Virus record (IMG/VR): IMGVR_UViG_3300022871_000011 | Location: 13,274 to 77,273 of that record | Strand: one strand, 5' to 3' | Source: a virus | DNA: 64,000 nucleotides | Shown: positions 30,504 through 41,432 of the stretch, piece after piece | Position numbering within the stretch: position 1 is the stretch's first letter | Layout of the letters: each line of letters starts with the position of its first letter | Notes under the pieces: model-generated | What the model was told of the DNA's origin: nothing | The model's database searches: none | What the model saw: only the letters and a program-made list of their open reading frames with translations | Made by a program: the position numbers and the translations under genes

Positions 30504-31254
30504 GTTCAGTGGACAGTGTTTCCTAGCGTGGCATAGCCCGTTCTTTAAACACGATCCATTTGTTAACTTAGAGAGTTCCTTTCTGGTTGTAGTAACGAAG
30601 AATCGCTTCGGAGACTATGTAGCCTGTCGATTCACAGGCACCCTAGAACAGAATGAGATAAAACACCAGCGGGTGCTGTTCGAGGGTGAAACCCTGGTAC
30701 GTATTCGAAATGGCCCTCGGACCAATCTGGTCGTTAAACCATACCACTTACGTTATGAAGAAACTGCTGTAGTTGCCGGCCTTACCAAACAGGTAGAGTA
30801 CGGCAAGGATCCAGCTAAGCTATTTCATAACAGGGACGGTGATATCGACTTCTTAAAACAAATAGAGACTATGCTGTTCACTAACGCACTGGTACCTGTA
30901 CAGACGCCTCCATATCCTGACCCTTATAAGAAGGTAAGGGATCCGAAGCAAGTACAGCCACGTATCACAGGTGAGATGGTAACCAGGCTCCGAGAGCTGG
31001 GCACCGTGGACCCTGAGGACTCAGTAACGGACAGCTTCTACAAAAACATCGAACACTTTTGTGAAAAGAAAGGAGGAAGTTTATTGTTCCCCATGAAACA
31101 GGTCAATGGAAGAGGCCTCACTGTATTAGACATGAGTTCCGTGGCAAATGAGACATTTCTCTTGCCCACAGAGCAGTTGGACTATAAGTCAGAGACCTTC
31201 CGAATGGACCTTGAACGGACGATCGATAAAGAACAAGTCGAATGGAATTCTTAG
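30463..31254 (+). CDS. hypothetical protein
   Basis: AGGAG RBS; TTG start. Confidence 0.7.
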   Translation: MKTRIEKIQKKLNEFSGQCFLAWHSPFFKHDPFVNLESSFLVVVTKNRFGDYVACRFTGTLEQNEIKHQRVLFEGETLVRIRNGPRTNLVVKPYHLRYEETAVVAGLTKQVEYGKDPAKLFHNRDGDIDFLKQIETMLFTNALVPVQTPPYPDPYKKVRDPKQVQPRITGEMVTRLRELGTVDPEDSVTDSFYKNIEHFCEKKGGSLLFPMKQVNGRGLTVLDMSSVANETFLLPTEQLDYKSETFRMDLERTIDKEQVEWNS

Positions 31255-31862
31255 AATTACTTGATAACTATGGTTACTCTGTCGAAGACTGTGCAGTAGT
31301 AACATTAGGGACAGACGGCTTAGATCCTAATTTCAGCAACTTAGTATGTGTCAGTATATTACCTGTAATGGGTGATGCAGCCCCTCAGACTATCTATGTC
31401 GAAGGGGCAGACATATACTCAAGTGCACCTTACACGAGGGTAAACGAAACAACCTACCAGATTGAGTCTATATCCAGGAAGCTCGCAAGAGAACGCCTGT
31501 ATGATATACTCAAGGACTACAAGATCTTAATAGGACACAATGCAGCAGGATTTACACAGGATTTCTTGTGTACATTCGATAAGCGTTATCGCGAGCATAT
31601 CCTACTAGATACTTGGATACTTGCCCGTTACTATTACCAGCAGTGCCCGGATATTGTAGGGAAGTCACCGACTCTCCCAAGGTATCAAAAAGCCATTGCT
31701 AGATTAGATTTTGATGGACATAGAAGATGGAGGTTGGAGGATCTTTGCCAGTTTGATCCTGGCGATTATTATAATATACCAGAACGAAATGCAGTACGCA
31801 CTAAGACACTTTTCATATATCTGTTGGGTAGGGAAGCCCCCATTCCCCGTGATCTATGTTAG
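31242..31862 (+). CDS. DEDD 3'-5' exonuclease-like protein with degenerate acidic residues
   Basis: TLGTDGLDP in place of D-x-ETTGL; LIGHNA..F..FL; LDT. Confidence 0.55.
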   Translation: MEFLELLDNYGYSVEDCAVVTLGTDGLDPNFSNLVCVSILPVMGDAAPQTIYVEGADIYSSAPYTRVNETTYQIESISRKLARERLYDILKDYKILIGHNAAGFTQDFLCTFDKRYREHILLDTWILARYYYQQCPDIVGKSPTLPRYQKAIARLDFDGHRRWRLEDLCQFDPGDYYNIPERNAVRTKTLFIYLLGREAPIPRDLC

Positions 31863-32118
31863 GCTTAGGTTTTGGTTTGAATATTGGTGGTTTTGTGGTA
31901 TCCGACTTAAAAGTCGTAGTGGAGATTCGAGGTTTGTCGTAGTATCGATTGTATATGGTTGAGGAGAGGTGTGACGGCATAGCTGTCATATCTAAAGCTT
32001 CGAAGGCTCCGCTTAGTTTCTTGCGCTTCTTCTTGCACACCTTGCAGAAGCGATTAGAAGCTGATGAACTTCGGAACATCTTTCTACAACCTAAACATTG
32101 TCGCTGCTTCTCTGACAA
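31813..32118 (-). CDS. small zinc-finger protein
   Basis: CLGC..F.S....NRFCKVC; AGGAG RBS; TTGACA-N16-TATATT at 32143-32170. Confidence 0.65.
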   Translation of the reverse strand: MSEKQRQCLGCRKMFRSSSASNRFCKVCKKKRKKLSGAFEALDMTAMPSHLSSTIYNRYYDKPRISTTTFKSDTTKPPIFKPKPKPNIDHGEWGLPYPTDI

Positions 32119-32186
32119 AATATATCTCCTGGTTAATATCACAATATATAGTGTTAAATGTAAATGTCAAGCGAGGTTTCAATTAA

Positions 32187-32690
32187 ATGACAAAAGAAGG
32201 AACAATCGAAGAAGTAATGAAGAAGGCTACAGTGGGTTATAACCCCGAGACCAGTCCACAACCAGCCCCTCCGGTAGAGTACACTGAACCGTCACCCCCT
32301 ATGCCCGCAACATCCCTTACAGACTTCACTGAGGCCCTCAAAGAGCTTCAGTATGCTACCACAGCTATGGAAAAGACTTCTGCTCTTAAGAAGTTATCCC
32401 ATACTGCTGAAAGTAAGATGACTGATATAGTGGGACAGACGAATAGAGAGTTCAGAAGCCTGCAGGCAGGTAATCCCGATAAGAAGCAGTTCGCGGTAAA
32501 CGGCTGTATCTTTAGAGGGTATACACGACCTGCTACATATAAGTACTCGGAAGAGATCCAGGCTAAGGATGCCGAGGTCAAGCTTATGAAAGCGGCGGCT
32601 AAGAAAGACGGATCAGCGGTAATAACAAAGGTAGCTGCAGACATAGATAAGGATAAAACCTTTGGACTGTCTGTAGTACCTGTTACCTAG
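32187..32690 (+). CDS. hypothetical protein
   Basis: ORF with GAGG RBS. Confidence 0.65.
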   Translation: MTKEGTIEEVMKKATVGYNPETSPQPAPPVEYTEPSPPMPATSLTDFTEALKELQYATTAMEKTSALKKLSHTAESKMTDIVGQTNREFRSLQAGNPDKKQFAVNGCIFRGYTRPATYKYSEEIQAKDAEVKLMKAAAKKDGSAVITKVAADIDKDKTFGLSVVPVT

Positions 32691-33241
32691 TCCATGATAT
32701 AATCGAGGAGCACGTTGTTACGTTTGACTGACTCAATTGTTGTTTGACGGTCATACGTAGCGCGTAGCTCGTCGTATCTATCACCAGGTACTTTGGTGAG
32801 TATACCCTTTACATTGGTGAATATGTCACCAGAGGTTCTATTGCGTATATAGGTGTGATCCGGCTCACAACCATACAAAGCATAGGTTCCTTTCCATGTA
32901 AGCAGGGTACTCAAGTCGCCAAGGTTGGCATCAGGCCAGTAATCAACCCAGTCAACAGCTACTAGTAGTTTATTGCCTGGTTTTTTATTCTTTGGCATAC
33001 GTAGCCATACCTCACCGAACTGAAAGCAGTTAGTATTACATTCAAGGAGTTCAGCGTGAAATATCTTCACGTCTATTTCCTTGGGTATAATTAGAGAAAC
33101 TGCCGCCTCTTCGACGAGGTCCTTTTTGACTTTAGCATTCTCAATAGGGAATGCAGACGCCGGAAAGCCCTTTAAGGCTTTATCTTTTTCCAGTCTGTAA
33201 CAGTGCATGTATAAACATAACCTGATTATTAAGGATTGCAA
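32687..33241 (-). CDS. hypothetical protein
   Basis: ORF; upstream TTGACT-N17-TATATT on the minus strand. Confidence 0.6.
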   Translation of the reverse strand: MQSLIIRLCLYMHCYRLEKDKALKGFPASAFPIENAKVKKDLVEEAAVSLIIPKEIDVKIFHAELLECNTNCFQFGEVWLRMPKNKKPGNKLLVAVDWVDYWPDANLGDLSTLLTWKGTYALYGCEPDHTYIRNRTSGDIFTNVKGILTKVPGDRYDELRATYDRQTTIESVKRNNVLLDYIMD

Positions 33242-33296
33242 GTGTGTATCATTAATATACTATAACAATATGTTGTAGTCAACAAAGGAGACAAAC

Positions 33297-33869
33297 ATGG
33301 ATGAAGTTAAAATGCCAGGGCTAGTAGGTCTTGGAGACATCCTTGGAGACGTCATCTTAGACCTTTATAAAGAGGGTCCTAAGGGTGTAGTCGAAAAGGT
33401 AACGAAAGCCCAGTATTCTGCGTATGTGTGTATCACATATACAAAGACACCCGGCGGATTTACAATTCAGGGACAGCTGCAGATGATTGAAAAGCTGCTA
33501 TGCCCTATCTATCAATCCAGAGGGAGTTCAGGGTCGTACGTAGACGGAATCGTACTCAGAGCCCTTACCACACACGCTCAATATGACCGTGCAGGTAAGT
33601 CGCTTAAACGAAAAACAGAGCAATTCTATCATACTGATGGAGATGCCCTGGAATTTATGAAGTTTGTTAAGGTAAGGGACTACAAGCCTCCTTGCCTGGT
33701 GTATGCAAAGTTGGACGACGAGAGTCGTGACAAGCTGCTCGATAGAGATGCGGGCTTATGGGAGGACTACACTCTAATGGCCGAGCGAGAGTTAAGACAA
33801 CGCTGCAGGTCGTGGAAACAGTCCAGTAAACCTAAAAAGAGGACTATTAATGGGAGCGAAAGCGCCTGA
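33297..33869 (+). CDS. hypothetical protein
   Basis: AGGAG RBS. Confidence 0.7.
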   Translation: MDEVKMPGLVGLGDILGDVILDLYKEGPKGVVEKVTKAQYSAYVCITYTKTPGGFTIQGQLQMIEKLLCPIYQSRGSSGSYVDGIVLRALTTHAQYDRAGKSLKRKTEQFYHTDGDALEFMKFVKVRDYKPPCLVYAKLDDESRDKLLDRDAGLWEDYTLMAERELRQRCRSWKQSSKPKKRTINGSESA

Positions 33870-33995
33870 TGATTTCATGGTGTGGGGCATTGCCCTTGCC
33901 ATAGGCTGTGTTTTCTTATATTGTCTTCCAAAGATTATTCTAGTGATAGCCATTGCCGGTCTGGTAATGGGCTTTGCTACAATAGGGAGCGGAAA

Positions 33996-34703
33996 ATGAG
34001 TAATAAGTTAAAACCATCAGCTGACAGAAAGGTATGGGCCTATAACAATCAAAAGAACACTTTTGGTTTATTGCCCGGACCGGAAGGTACTTGCCCTGGA
34101 GCCACAATGGGTCCCGGCGGATGCCGTACAGTAGTAGGGAAGAATAGACCCGACTGCTACGTTTATAGACTTATGTCGATCTTTAAAGGTGTAAGAAATG
34201 TACTGGAACATAATACGAAACTTCTTAGAGAGGCAACTCCCGAGGAACAGATTGAGCTATTGAACGCTGAGATAGAAAGGTTCAAAAATGTACACAAGAA
34301 CGGAGTACTTGCTGCTGATAAATACCGCTTGCATTGGGCAGGTGATATATTTAACAGACAGTATGCTGAGTCCTTGCGTGCAATGATGCTTACCCATTCG
34401 GATATACAGTTCTGGACATACACCCGTACGTTCGATGTAATCGATGTATTTAAAGATGTAGATAACCTTAAATTGTATCTATCACTAGACGACTGCAATG
34501 CGCAGGAAGGTCTGGATATATACAACAAGCAGAAGTGGAGTAACCTCCATCTATGTTACCTAGGCGATGATAAACCCCCTGAAGAGGTAGGCTCTTTTAT
34601 AGCCTGTCCTGTAGATGAGGGTACTATAGCGCTTGAGGGAGCTTGCCAAAAGTGTAAGCTATGTTTAAGGGGTCACAACATCTGGTTTAAAACAAAAAGA
34701 TAA
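33996..34703 (+). CDS. GP88-like protein
   Basis: FGL.P...TCPGA...C...CY; RLHWAGD; WTYTR; LSLD; C-terminal CP...CQKCKLC. Confidence 0.75.
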   Translation: MSNKLKPSADRKVWAYNNQKNTFGLLPGPEGTCPGATMGPGGCRTVVGKNRPDCYVYRLMSIFKGVRNVLEHNTKLLREATPEEQIELLNAEIERFKNVHKNGVLAADKYRLHWAGDIFNRQYAESLRAMMLTHSDIQFWTYTRTFDVIDVFKDVDNLKLYLSLDDCNAQEGLDIYNKQKWSNLHLCYLGDDKPPEEVGSFIACPVDEGTIALEGACQKCKLCLRGHNIWFKTKR

Positions 34704-34765
34704 ATAGTATTAATTAAAAAGAATCCTGCACACGGCGGGGTTTTTGTTATCCAAACAAGGAGACG

Positions 34766-36139
34766 ATGACAATGGCTAGTAGTAAAATGCAAAGTAGTTT
34801 CGACGTACTTGAAGTAAACCATGAACGCTTAACTGAAGAACTGATTGATTCCATGGACAGCCGTGTGCCTCTGTATATTTGGGGACCTCCAGGAATTGGT
34901 AAATCAGTTGTATGTAATGAGGTTGCTAAAAATGCAGCCAAGAAGAAGGGTAAATTCTATATTGACTGGAACCGTGCTCCTCGCGCCATTAAACACGCTT
35001 TGCGTGACGGTGAATTGGGTTCGGAACTTCTCCAGCTGATGATTAAACCCGAGCCTCCGAAGACTAAAACCACCAAACCCGGTGAAAAACCTGCGAAGGT
35101 TGAACATAGTCACAACCCTGCGGATGATATCCCGTCTGCTCTCGTAAGCGGCCTTATGGTTGCTAGCAACGAAAGAATGGCCAAAGATTTCATTGCAAAG
35201 AAGAAGTCCGCTACTGTAGCAGACTGTTTCATCTTTGCTGATTACAGGCTCTCACAGAGAGATCCTTCTGATATCAATGGTCTTCCCTCCATCAACAGCC
35301 GCGACTACGTCGAATGGCGTCCGACCCTGTTGTTCTCTGTGCTCTCTATGCCAGAGGCTGATGGTATGTTATTCTTTGATGAAATTCCTCAGGCCATGCC
35401 GGTTGTACAGAATGCAGCGTATCAGCTCATTCAGGACCGTTGCTGTGGTGAGATTTCCTTCTCAGATAAGATCGTTGTAATCGCGGCCGGTAACCGTCTC
35501 ACTGACGGTGGTAACCAGTTCCAGATCCCTCCAGCACTTGCTAACAGGTTCACACATGTGGAACTGATGGCTCCGACCATTGAGAAATGGGCTGACTGGG
35601 GTATTGATCACAATGTTGACTCCCGTATTATTGCGTTCTTGCGCTTCAAGCCCTCTTACCTGATGGACTCTATGGATGACGTCCGGAAGAAAAGAGCTAT
35701 GGCTTGGTGTTCACCTCGCTCTTGGGAGAAAGCATCTGATAAGATCAAAGGGTTCTCTGGTGCCGGTGAGAAGTCATTCGACCGTATCTATGGTAAGGTT
35801 GCAATGGCTTGTGGTAAAGCTAGAGCTACGGAATTTCGTGGCTTTATCAAAACCACTGTGTCTTTGAATATCAAAGATATCCTCGCGCACCCGGAAAAAG
35901 CAAAGAGCTTCGAGATCGGTATCAAATGGGCCCTTATCTCTGCGGTTAGTGAATACTACCGTGAAGACAAGAAGTTCCTGGATGATATCCTCGGGCTCTG
36001 TCGCCACCTCTCTGCCGACTTCAGTGTGTCTATGCTGCGTATGATGCGTCGCTATGACCGTACTCAGTTCGCTACCCGTCTTGCTAAATGTAAGAACAAG
36101 GAAGTTGTACTGGACTACATGAAGTACTTCGAGGATTAA
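34766..36139 (+). CDS. MoxR-like AAA+ ATPase
   Basis: WGPPGIGKS, FFDEI, AAGNR, ALANRF, SPRSWE. Confidence 0.9.
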   Translation: MTMASSKMQSSFDVLEVNHERLTEELIDSMDSRVPLYIWGPPGIGKSVVCNEVAKNAAKKKGKFYIDWNRAPRAIKHALRDGELGSELLQLMIKPEPPKTKTTKPGEKPAKVEHSHNPADDIPSALVSGLMVASNERMAKDFIAKKKSATVADCFIFADYRLSQRDPSDINGLPSINSRDYVEWRPTLLFSVLSMPEADGMLFFDEIPQAMPVVQNAAYQLIQDRCCGEISFSDKIVVIAAGNRLTDGGNQFQIPPALANRFTHVELMAPTIEKWADWGIDHNVDSRIIAFLRFKPSYLMDSMDDVRKKRAMAWCSPRSWEKASDKIKGFSGAGEKSFDRIYGKVAMACGKARATEFRGFIKTTVSLNIKDILAHPEKAKSFEIGIKWALISAVSEYYREDKKFLDDILGLCRHLSADFSVSMLRMMRRYDRTQFATRLAKCKNKEVVLDYMKYFED

Positions 36140-36140
36140 G

Positions 36141-36410
36141 TTGAGTTTTCAAGGAATAATTGAGTGCGAACATTGCCGCGTCCACGACATAGCTCTGGAC
36201 CGCGGTGATGGCGTGCCCTTCCCTTGGTATACCCTTGGGTATCCTGATGGCCCCTTATTAAGGGGTCCTCTACATTTTTGTAGTGCGGAGTGTCTTATGC
36301 TATTTCTTTATAGAAAGGAAAAGAATGCAAACACCGCAAATACTGCGATGCGAGATGCTTTAATAAAACTCAGTGCCGAAATAATAACAGAAGGAGGCAA
36401 TAATGCCTAG
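36141..36410 (+). CDS. small Cys-rich protein
   Basis: CEHC...HFCSAEC. Confidence 0.55.
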   Translation: MSFQGIIECEHCRVHDIALDRGDGVPFPWYTLGYPDGPLLRGPLHFCSAECLMLFLYRKEKNANTANTAMRDALIKLSAEIITEGGNNA

Positions 36411-37788
36411 AACAGTAATGACAGCTGAAGAGAAGCTGCACAAAGCTAAGATTAAGCTGCAGGAACTACATCCATTCTTTGCATATTTAATTATGCATAT
36501 GGGTGCTACCGTTGATGAAGACTGCCCAACGATGGGTGTCGACAAAAAGGGTAACCTGTGGTACAATCCGGCGTATGTAGAATCTTTATCAGATTCCCTA
36601 TTAAGAAGTTGTTTAGCACATGAGATCTCTCATGTTATCCTTGCTCATCTGGCTCGCTATCATAAAGATTGGCAGCCTGACATTGGTAACATTGCAGCAG
36701 ATATCGTAGCTAATGACTTGCTTGATACAGAGGGCTTTGAATTGGATTCCAATTGGATTGTCCCGCGTAACCATGAATATGCCTTCCAGGGTAAGAAAGG
36801 TGCCGTCGTAATTGATGACATCGATAACAAGTCCATGGAAGAGATCTATGGTATCCTGGAAGCTAACGTCGATATGAAACCTCAGCCTAAATGTGGTACA
36901 TGCAACGGAACAGGTCAGGTATCTCAGGATCCCGGAGACTCCGATGGCGAGGGTGATGGAGACGGAGACGGACAGGGTCAAGGTAACAAGCCTTGCCCAC
37001 AATGTAATGGCTCAGGTAACAGTGCCCAAGGTCAAGTACCTGGTATGAAAGGTAAATCCCAGGACCAGCATAGGTTCGGAGAAGATAAGGATGAACAGTC
37101 AGACTCATTGGATAAAGATAGTGAACTACCTGATGAGTGGAAGTTCAAAATTGCTGAAGCTGCTGCGTTCGCGAAGCAACGTGGTCGCCTATCTGGTAAT
37201 CTGAGTGGCATGGTCGGTGAAATGATCGAATCAAAGGTTGATTGGCGCTCACAGCTACTGAAGTACATAAGTGCTATGCTGCCATATGATTTTACCTGGT
37301 CCAGGCCTTCTCGTAAGTCGGCTTCACTTGGTATATATCTGCCTGCGGTTCTGAAGGAGTACCTGGAAGTCGTTGTACATATCGACACATCCGGATCTAT
37401 CTGTGGTGAGACTCTTAAGGAGTTCCTAGGAGAGGTCAAGGGTATTCTGACACAGTTCGAAGCAGTTAGGATGACATTGATCATCTGTGACTGTGAGATC
37501 CACCAGGTCTATGACCTGACACCGGACAATGTACCTGAACTCGAAGAGATGCCTATAGGAGGCCGTGGCGGTACAGCTCACAGGCCTGTCGTAGATTGGA
37601 TTAATGAAAACAAACAAACAGCACGTATCTTTATATCCCTTACGGATGGTTACAGTGACATCGAAAGTTGTTACGATGACCTCCCATTTGGCTGCGACCG
37701 TCTTATCTTATTAGATAGAGACAGCGGTGACATGGAAGCACGTATGGAGCCTTATGGAGAGGTGATCTGTTTAGGAGATCAGAGCTAA
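36403..37788 (+). CDS. DUF2201-like metallopeptidase / VWA-domain protein
   Basis: HEISH; NIAAD; MIDAS DTSGS; GRGGT; LTDGY; partner of the upstream AAA ATPase. Confidence 0.88.
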   Translation: MPRTVMTAEEKLHKAKIKLQELHPFFAYLIMHMGATVDEDCPTMGVDKKGNLWYNPAYVESLSDSLLRSCLAHEISHVILAHLARYHKDWQPDIGNIAADIVANDLLDTEGFELDSNWIVPRNHEYAFQGKKGAVVIDDIDNKSMEEIYGILEANVDMKPQPKCGTCNGTGQVSQDPGDSDGEGDGDGDGQGQGNKPCPQCNGSGNSAQGQVPGMKGKSQDQHRFGEDKDEQSDSLDKDSELPDEWKFKIAEAAAFAKQRGRLSGNLSGMVGEMIESKVDWRSQLLKYISAMLPYDFTWSRPSRKSASLGIYLPAVLKEYLEVVVHIDTSGSICGETLKEFLGEVKGILTQFEAVRMTLIICDCEIHQVYDLTPDNVPELEEMPIGGRGGTAHRPVVDWINENKQTARIFISLTDGYSDIESCYDDLPFGCDRLILLDRDSGDMEARMEPYGEVICLGDQS

Positions 37789-37789
37789 G

Positions 37790-38116
37790 TTGACCACGGA
37801 ACCCAAAGTTCCAGTTGAAGTGGTCGGAGAGCACGAACCCGAAGGAGTCCAGGTGGCGTATTACCGTCACCCGGATGACTTCGAGGTTTTCTTCGGCGAG
37901 GAAAAAGACACAGAAGATTTATACTGTGTGGTAATTATACCTTCTAAGAATAGGAGGATATATCAAGGCAAGAAGGCTACTTACGGCTTCTATAAGTCTA
38001 TGCAGACGATAGAGAAGATGATAGCAGTGCAACCATTAGTAGGGGACAAAGTAGACCGGCTTAGAGTATTTGAATTTGATAAGAAGCTGGCTGAGTCCGA
38101 ACCCGGAGGTGAATAA
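37790..38116 (+). CDS. hypothetical protein
   Basis: ORF track. Confidence 0.6.
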   Translation: MTTEPKVPVEVVGEHEPEGVQVAYYRHPDDFEVFFGEEKDTEDLYCVVIIPSKNRRIYQGKKATYGFYKSMQTIEKMIAVQPLVGDKVDRLRVFEFDKKLAESEPGGE

Positions 38117-38676
38117 TGGGGTGTGACATCCATATTTTTATAGAAAGAGAGGTAGGGGACACATGGATACCCTTACGTAAGTATGATGCGTTCTATGCAA
38201 AGCATCCAGAGTGGGGATATGAGATATTCTCATTGGATGGGTGGTATAGCGGTCGCAATTATGAGCTTTTCGGGATATTAGCCGCTGTAAGGCGTGAACC
38301 CGAGAACATAATAGATGTCCCAAGAGGGTTACCTGCTGATTGCTCGGAGGGGGTAAAGGAAAGGAGCGATGAATGGGGCACTGATGCCCATAGTCACTCA
38401 CACTTTACACTGGCAGAGCTGGTAGCGTTCGATTGGACTAGCAATAAGATTCAAATGGAGGGAGTAGTAAGCTCTAAAGCTGCTAAAGCCTATAAGAATA
38501 AAGGTATACCGCCGACGAGGTGGTCTGCTTGGTCGGCTGACGTAAACGATGAGGAGCGGCTTGAGTGGGAGATAACCGCCGAGTCTTATTGCGCTGAGTT
38601 TATGAGTTTAATAGAGGATTTAAAAACACTGGGTAACCCAGATAAAGTTCGAATCGTGTTTTGGTTCGATAATTAG
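38116..38676 (+). CDS. conserved phage protein (MGCDIH...RNY.LF..LA.VR...VFWFDN)
   Basis: Recognisable family of unknown function. Confidence 0.8.
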   Translation: MGCDIHIFIEREVGDTWIPLRKYDAFYAKHPEWGYEIFSLDGWYSGRNYELFGILAAVRREPENIIDVPRGLPADCSEGVKERSDEWGTDAHSHSHFTLAELVAFDWTSNKIQMEGVVSSKAAKAYKNKGIPPTRWSAWSADVNDEERLEWEITAESYCAEFMSLIEDLKTLGNPDKVRIVFWFDN

Positions 38677-38692
38677 GAGGTATGAGTACTTA

Positions 38693-39853
38693 ATGGCTCG
38701 TTATTTTGGTAATTTTATAAGTAGGATACCCTTTCTGCGTGAAGCAGAGAGTGATTTGCGCCTACTAGTGTCCAAAGGAAATCTAGTAGCTGGATTAATT
38801 TATCCGTTGCTGGGCTGGGCATATAATAAGGAACATTTTATAGGAGTATTCGAGACTGACCTAGGGGTCAACTGTTTCGAGATCACTTCGAAGGACAGCG
38901 AGAAGAAAAAGAATCTTAATAAATATGATCTTGTACAGACTGCTGTAGAACTAGGTCAAGTAGCCACTACAGGCTATAATGGACCAACATCATTTTGTCA
39001 ACTTAATATACAACAGGTACCATATGATTTATTCCTTGATGCCGAGGCAACGGCTGACTTCGACGGCTACTTTATAAATAAGAAGCGCGTAGAGAAGATT
39101 GTAGCCAGGAATAAAAAGAGATGTGATACAATAGTCAAGGACTTTAATATACTTGCACAGACAGGCACACAGTGCTTTGATCTGGATAAGAGCCGTAACG
39201 GTTATGGGAGCCACGGTATGACAATATTATCGCCTTTTCATATACTGTTACAACACAAGGAATACCCACACGTACTGTATAATATCGCATCACCGGATAT
39301 GCTGTATAAGCAACCGCAGCTTGAACTGCTGCAGGCTTTTACTAAGGATAAGTCACCCTCCTCCAAGTTTATGGCAATGGTTGAGGACAAGCGTTTAATG
39401 CTTCAGTATGATGATCCTATAACATCAGGTGATGATGGTTACTATCATTCGTCAGACCTGAATGGTACGACTACATATGGTATACCACTAGATGCGGCTG
39501 CTATACATGATATAGTTAAGCCTATATACAGGACTATGTTTTCAAATATAACTCCTTCTCGGAAGCCCGTGGTGGCATTGCCATCATATTGGAGGCGCTT
39601 ATCGTTTCTGTCCCGATTTAAGAATGAACGGCTCGCGGGGTCCCAGATACAACTGGATAGTAACCGCATGTTCCGAACTTCTACATCAGGCGAAGAGGCA
39701 TCTACTGTTGCCACAGAATTCCTTAAAAGGGTAGACGAAGGTAAGCTTGGAACACCTGACTGCGTCGTCCTAGACGATAGCATCAACGTGGATGAGCTAA
39801 TAGACGAGTGTCGCATCTATGAATTAACAGGTGCACTTGGAGGTATAGGATGA
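38693..39853 (+). CDS. hypothetical protein
   Basis: Long ORF with AGGAGG. Confidence 0.75.
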   Translation: MARYFGNFISRIPFLREAESDLRLLVSKGNLVAGLIYPLLGWAYNKEHFIGVFETDLGVNCFEITSKDSEKKKNLNKYDLVQTAVELGQVATTGYNGPTSFCQLNIQQVPYDLFLDAEATADFDGYFINKKRVEKIVARNKKRCDTIVKDFNILAQTGTQCFDLDKSRNGYGSHGMTILSPFHILLQHKEYPHVLYNIASPDMLYKQPQLELLQAFTKDKSPSSKFMAMVEDKRLMLQYDDPITSGDDGYYHSSDLNGTTTYGIPLDAAAIHDIVKPIYRTMFSNITPSRKPVVALPSYWRRLSFLSRFKNERLAGSQIQLDSNRMFRTSTSGEEASTVATEFLKRVDEGKLGTPDCVVLDDSINVDELIDECRIYELTGALGGIG

Positions 39854-40767
39854 AACTAGACGATGTATTAAAAGTATTGAACATTGACCTGAATAATCAT
39901 TATTTAGGCAATAAGTGTTCAGTTATGACAACCTACTATGATAAGATCGATGTGCTGGCATACTGTCAGACTTACACCGATGCTATGATCATATTCGTTA
40001 GAGGCTCAAGAGCATGTGCTTTCCTTTTACGAATGATACCCACACCGGGTAGCATGCATGATGGCTTTCAGCCAATCACAGCTGGCGTATCATCCAGTTG
40101 GTGTATAGACATAGGTAGGATGACTATTAAAAAGAAAGAAGACATAGAGGCTATCTTGACGCATATGAGACGGGTTGGAGATCATCCACTCGGTACGTGC
40201 TTTGAAGAAGACTATGCAGAAGAGAAGCTATATGCAGAGGGTAAGATTATGCCTAAGAAGAAATTCCTAGGTGAGGTCGTACTTAAGAGGTGGTCAAAAG
40301 CTCACCCGAGGAAATCAGGAAATTTATATGAACCACTGACACCTGTTAGACATACCGGTGACCCTTTCCCTTTTGATAGGGCAAGCAACTCAAGAGGTGG
40401 AAACAGAGAAAACACCCAGTTGTATGGATTCTTTCTATGTAAGAACGGTAACGTAATCGTATATGAGAGGTATGGTAGCTACGGCGGCAATACTTATACA
40501 AAGGCGGTTACTGGTGATGAGTTTCCACAAGGCCCGGGCACTATGGTTAATCTGCATAATGCATTGATAGCCTATGAACGAGCAGCAGAAGGACAGCTAT
40601 TCTGCAATATTGACAGATGGCATGAGAATATATACGAAGCCACTAAGAGCTTCGAACTACCGGATGAGGCATATGATAAATTCCGTACCCAGGTTCTATG
40701 CAAAGAACTTGATGGTGCACACAGCACATATATGCCTAAAGAAACATATTGGATACCTAAGCAATAA
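39850..40767 (+). CDS. hypothetical protein
   Basis: Long ORF with GGAGG. Confidence 0.75.
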   Translation: MKLDDVLKVLNIDLNNHYLGNKCSVMTTYYDKIDVLAYCQTYTDAMIIFVRGSRACAFLLRMIPTPGSMHDGFQPITAGVSSSWCIDIGRMTIKKKEDIEAILTHMRRVGDHPLGTCFEEDYAEEKLYAEGKIMPKKKFLGEVVLKRWSKAHPRKSGNLYEPLTPVRHTGDPFPFDRASNSRGGNRENTQLYGFFLCKNGNVIVYERYGSYGGNTYTKAVTGDEFPQGPGTMVNLHNALIAYERAAEGQLFCNIDRWHENIYEATKSFELPDEAYDKFRTQVLCKELDGAHSTYMPKETYWIPKQ

Positions 40768-41432
40768 TGAAAAGAGTCTTAAAAGACTCTCTCAGCAAAG
40801 CGTTCGACTCAATACAGGACGACAGGTATCAAGAATATCTCCAACACTTCATGGCCATAGCGCCACAGGACAGTGAAGAGGTATTCAAGCGATTTTTGTT
40901 CAGCTTCCTTAGTGTCCAGATCAACTGGGAACTAAATGTTAAGCTGTACCAGGAACTAGAGAATTACGATTGGTCACGTGGTGAGGAACCCATTAAACAG
41001 CTCTTCATAAAAGAGGGTGTAGGCTTCCAGAATACCAGGCCGCGATTTATACATGACTTCGCAACGAAGTTCCATGAGGACTCTAAGCCCCTTCTAAGAG
41101 GTGAAGAGACCTGGCAGGCGTATAGAGCACGCCTCAATAGGACAGTATGCGGCCTCGCAATAGCGAAGCTTAGCTTTACTGCCGAGATGTACTCGCCTGA
41201 CCAATCCAGCATCGTATGCCTTGATAGGCATATGCTGAGGGAAGTCTTTCTCATAGAGAAGACTAAGTATGGGATCAGTTGCAACGTTACGAACTATAAG
41301 AAATATGAGCAGATGTGGGTAAAGGAAAGCCAGGCACGGGGCATGGCACCTGCAATTGCTAGGTTACTATACTGGGATCAGTACATGGGTTATGAAGATA
41401 GCTTGTTCTGGTCCAAGGTGTTTGTTGAATGA
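40767..41432 (+). CDS. HhH-fold DNA glycosylase-like protein
   Basis: GLAIAKLSF...VCLDRHMLR...Y...E pattern. Confidence 0.65.
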   Translation: MKRVLKDSLSKAFDSIQDDRYQEYLQHFMAIAPQDSEEVFKRFLFSFLSVQINWELNVKLYQELENYDWSRGEEPIKQLFIKEGVGFQNTRPRFIHDFATKFHEDSKPLLRGEETWQAYRARLNRTVCGLAIAKLSFTAEMYSPDQSSIVCLDRHMLREVFLIEKTKYGISCNVTNYKKYEQMWVKESQARGMAPAIARLLYWDQYMGYEDSLFWSKVFVE

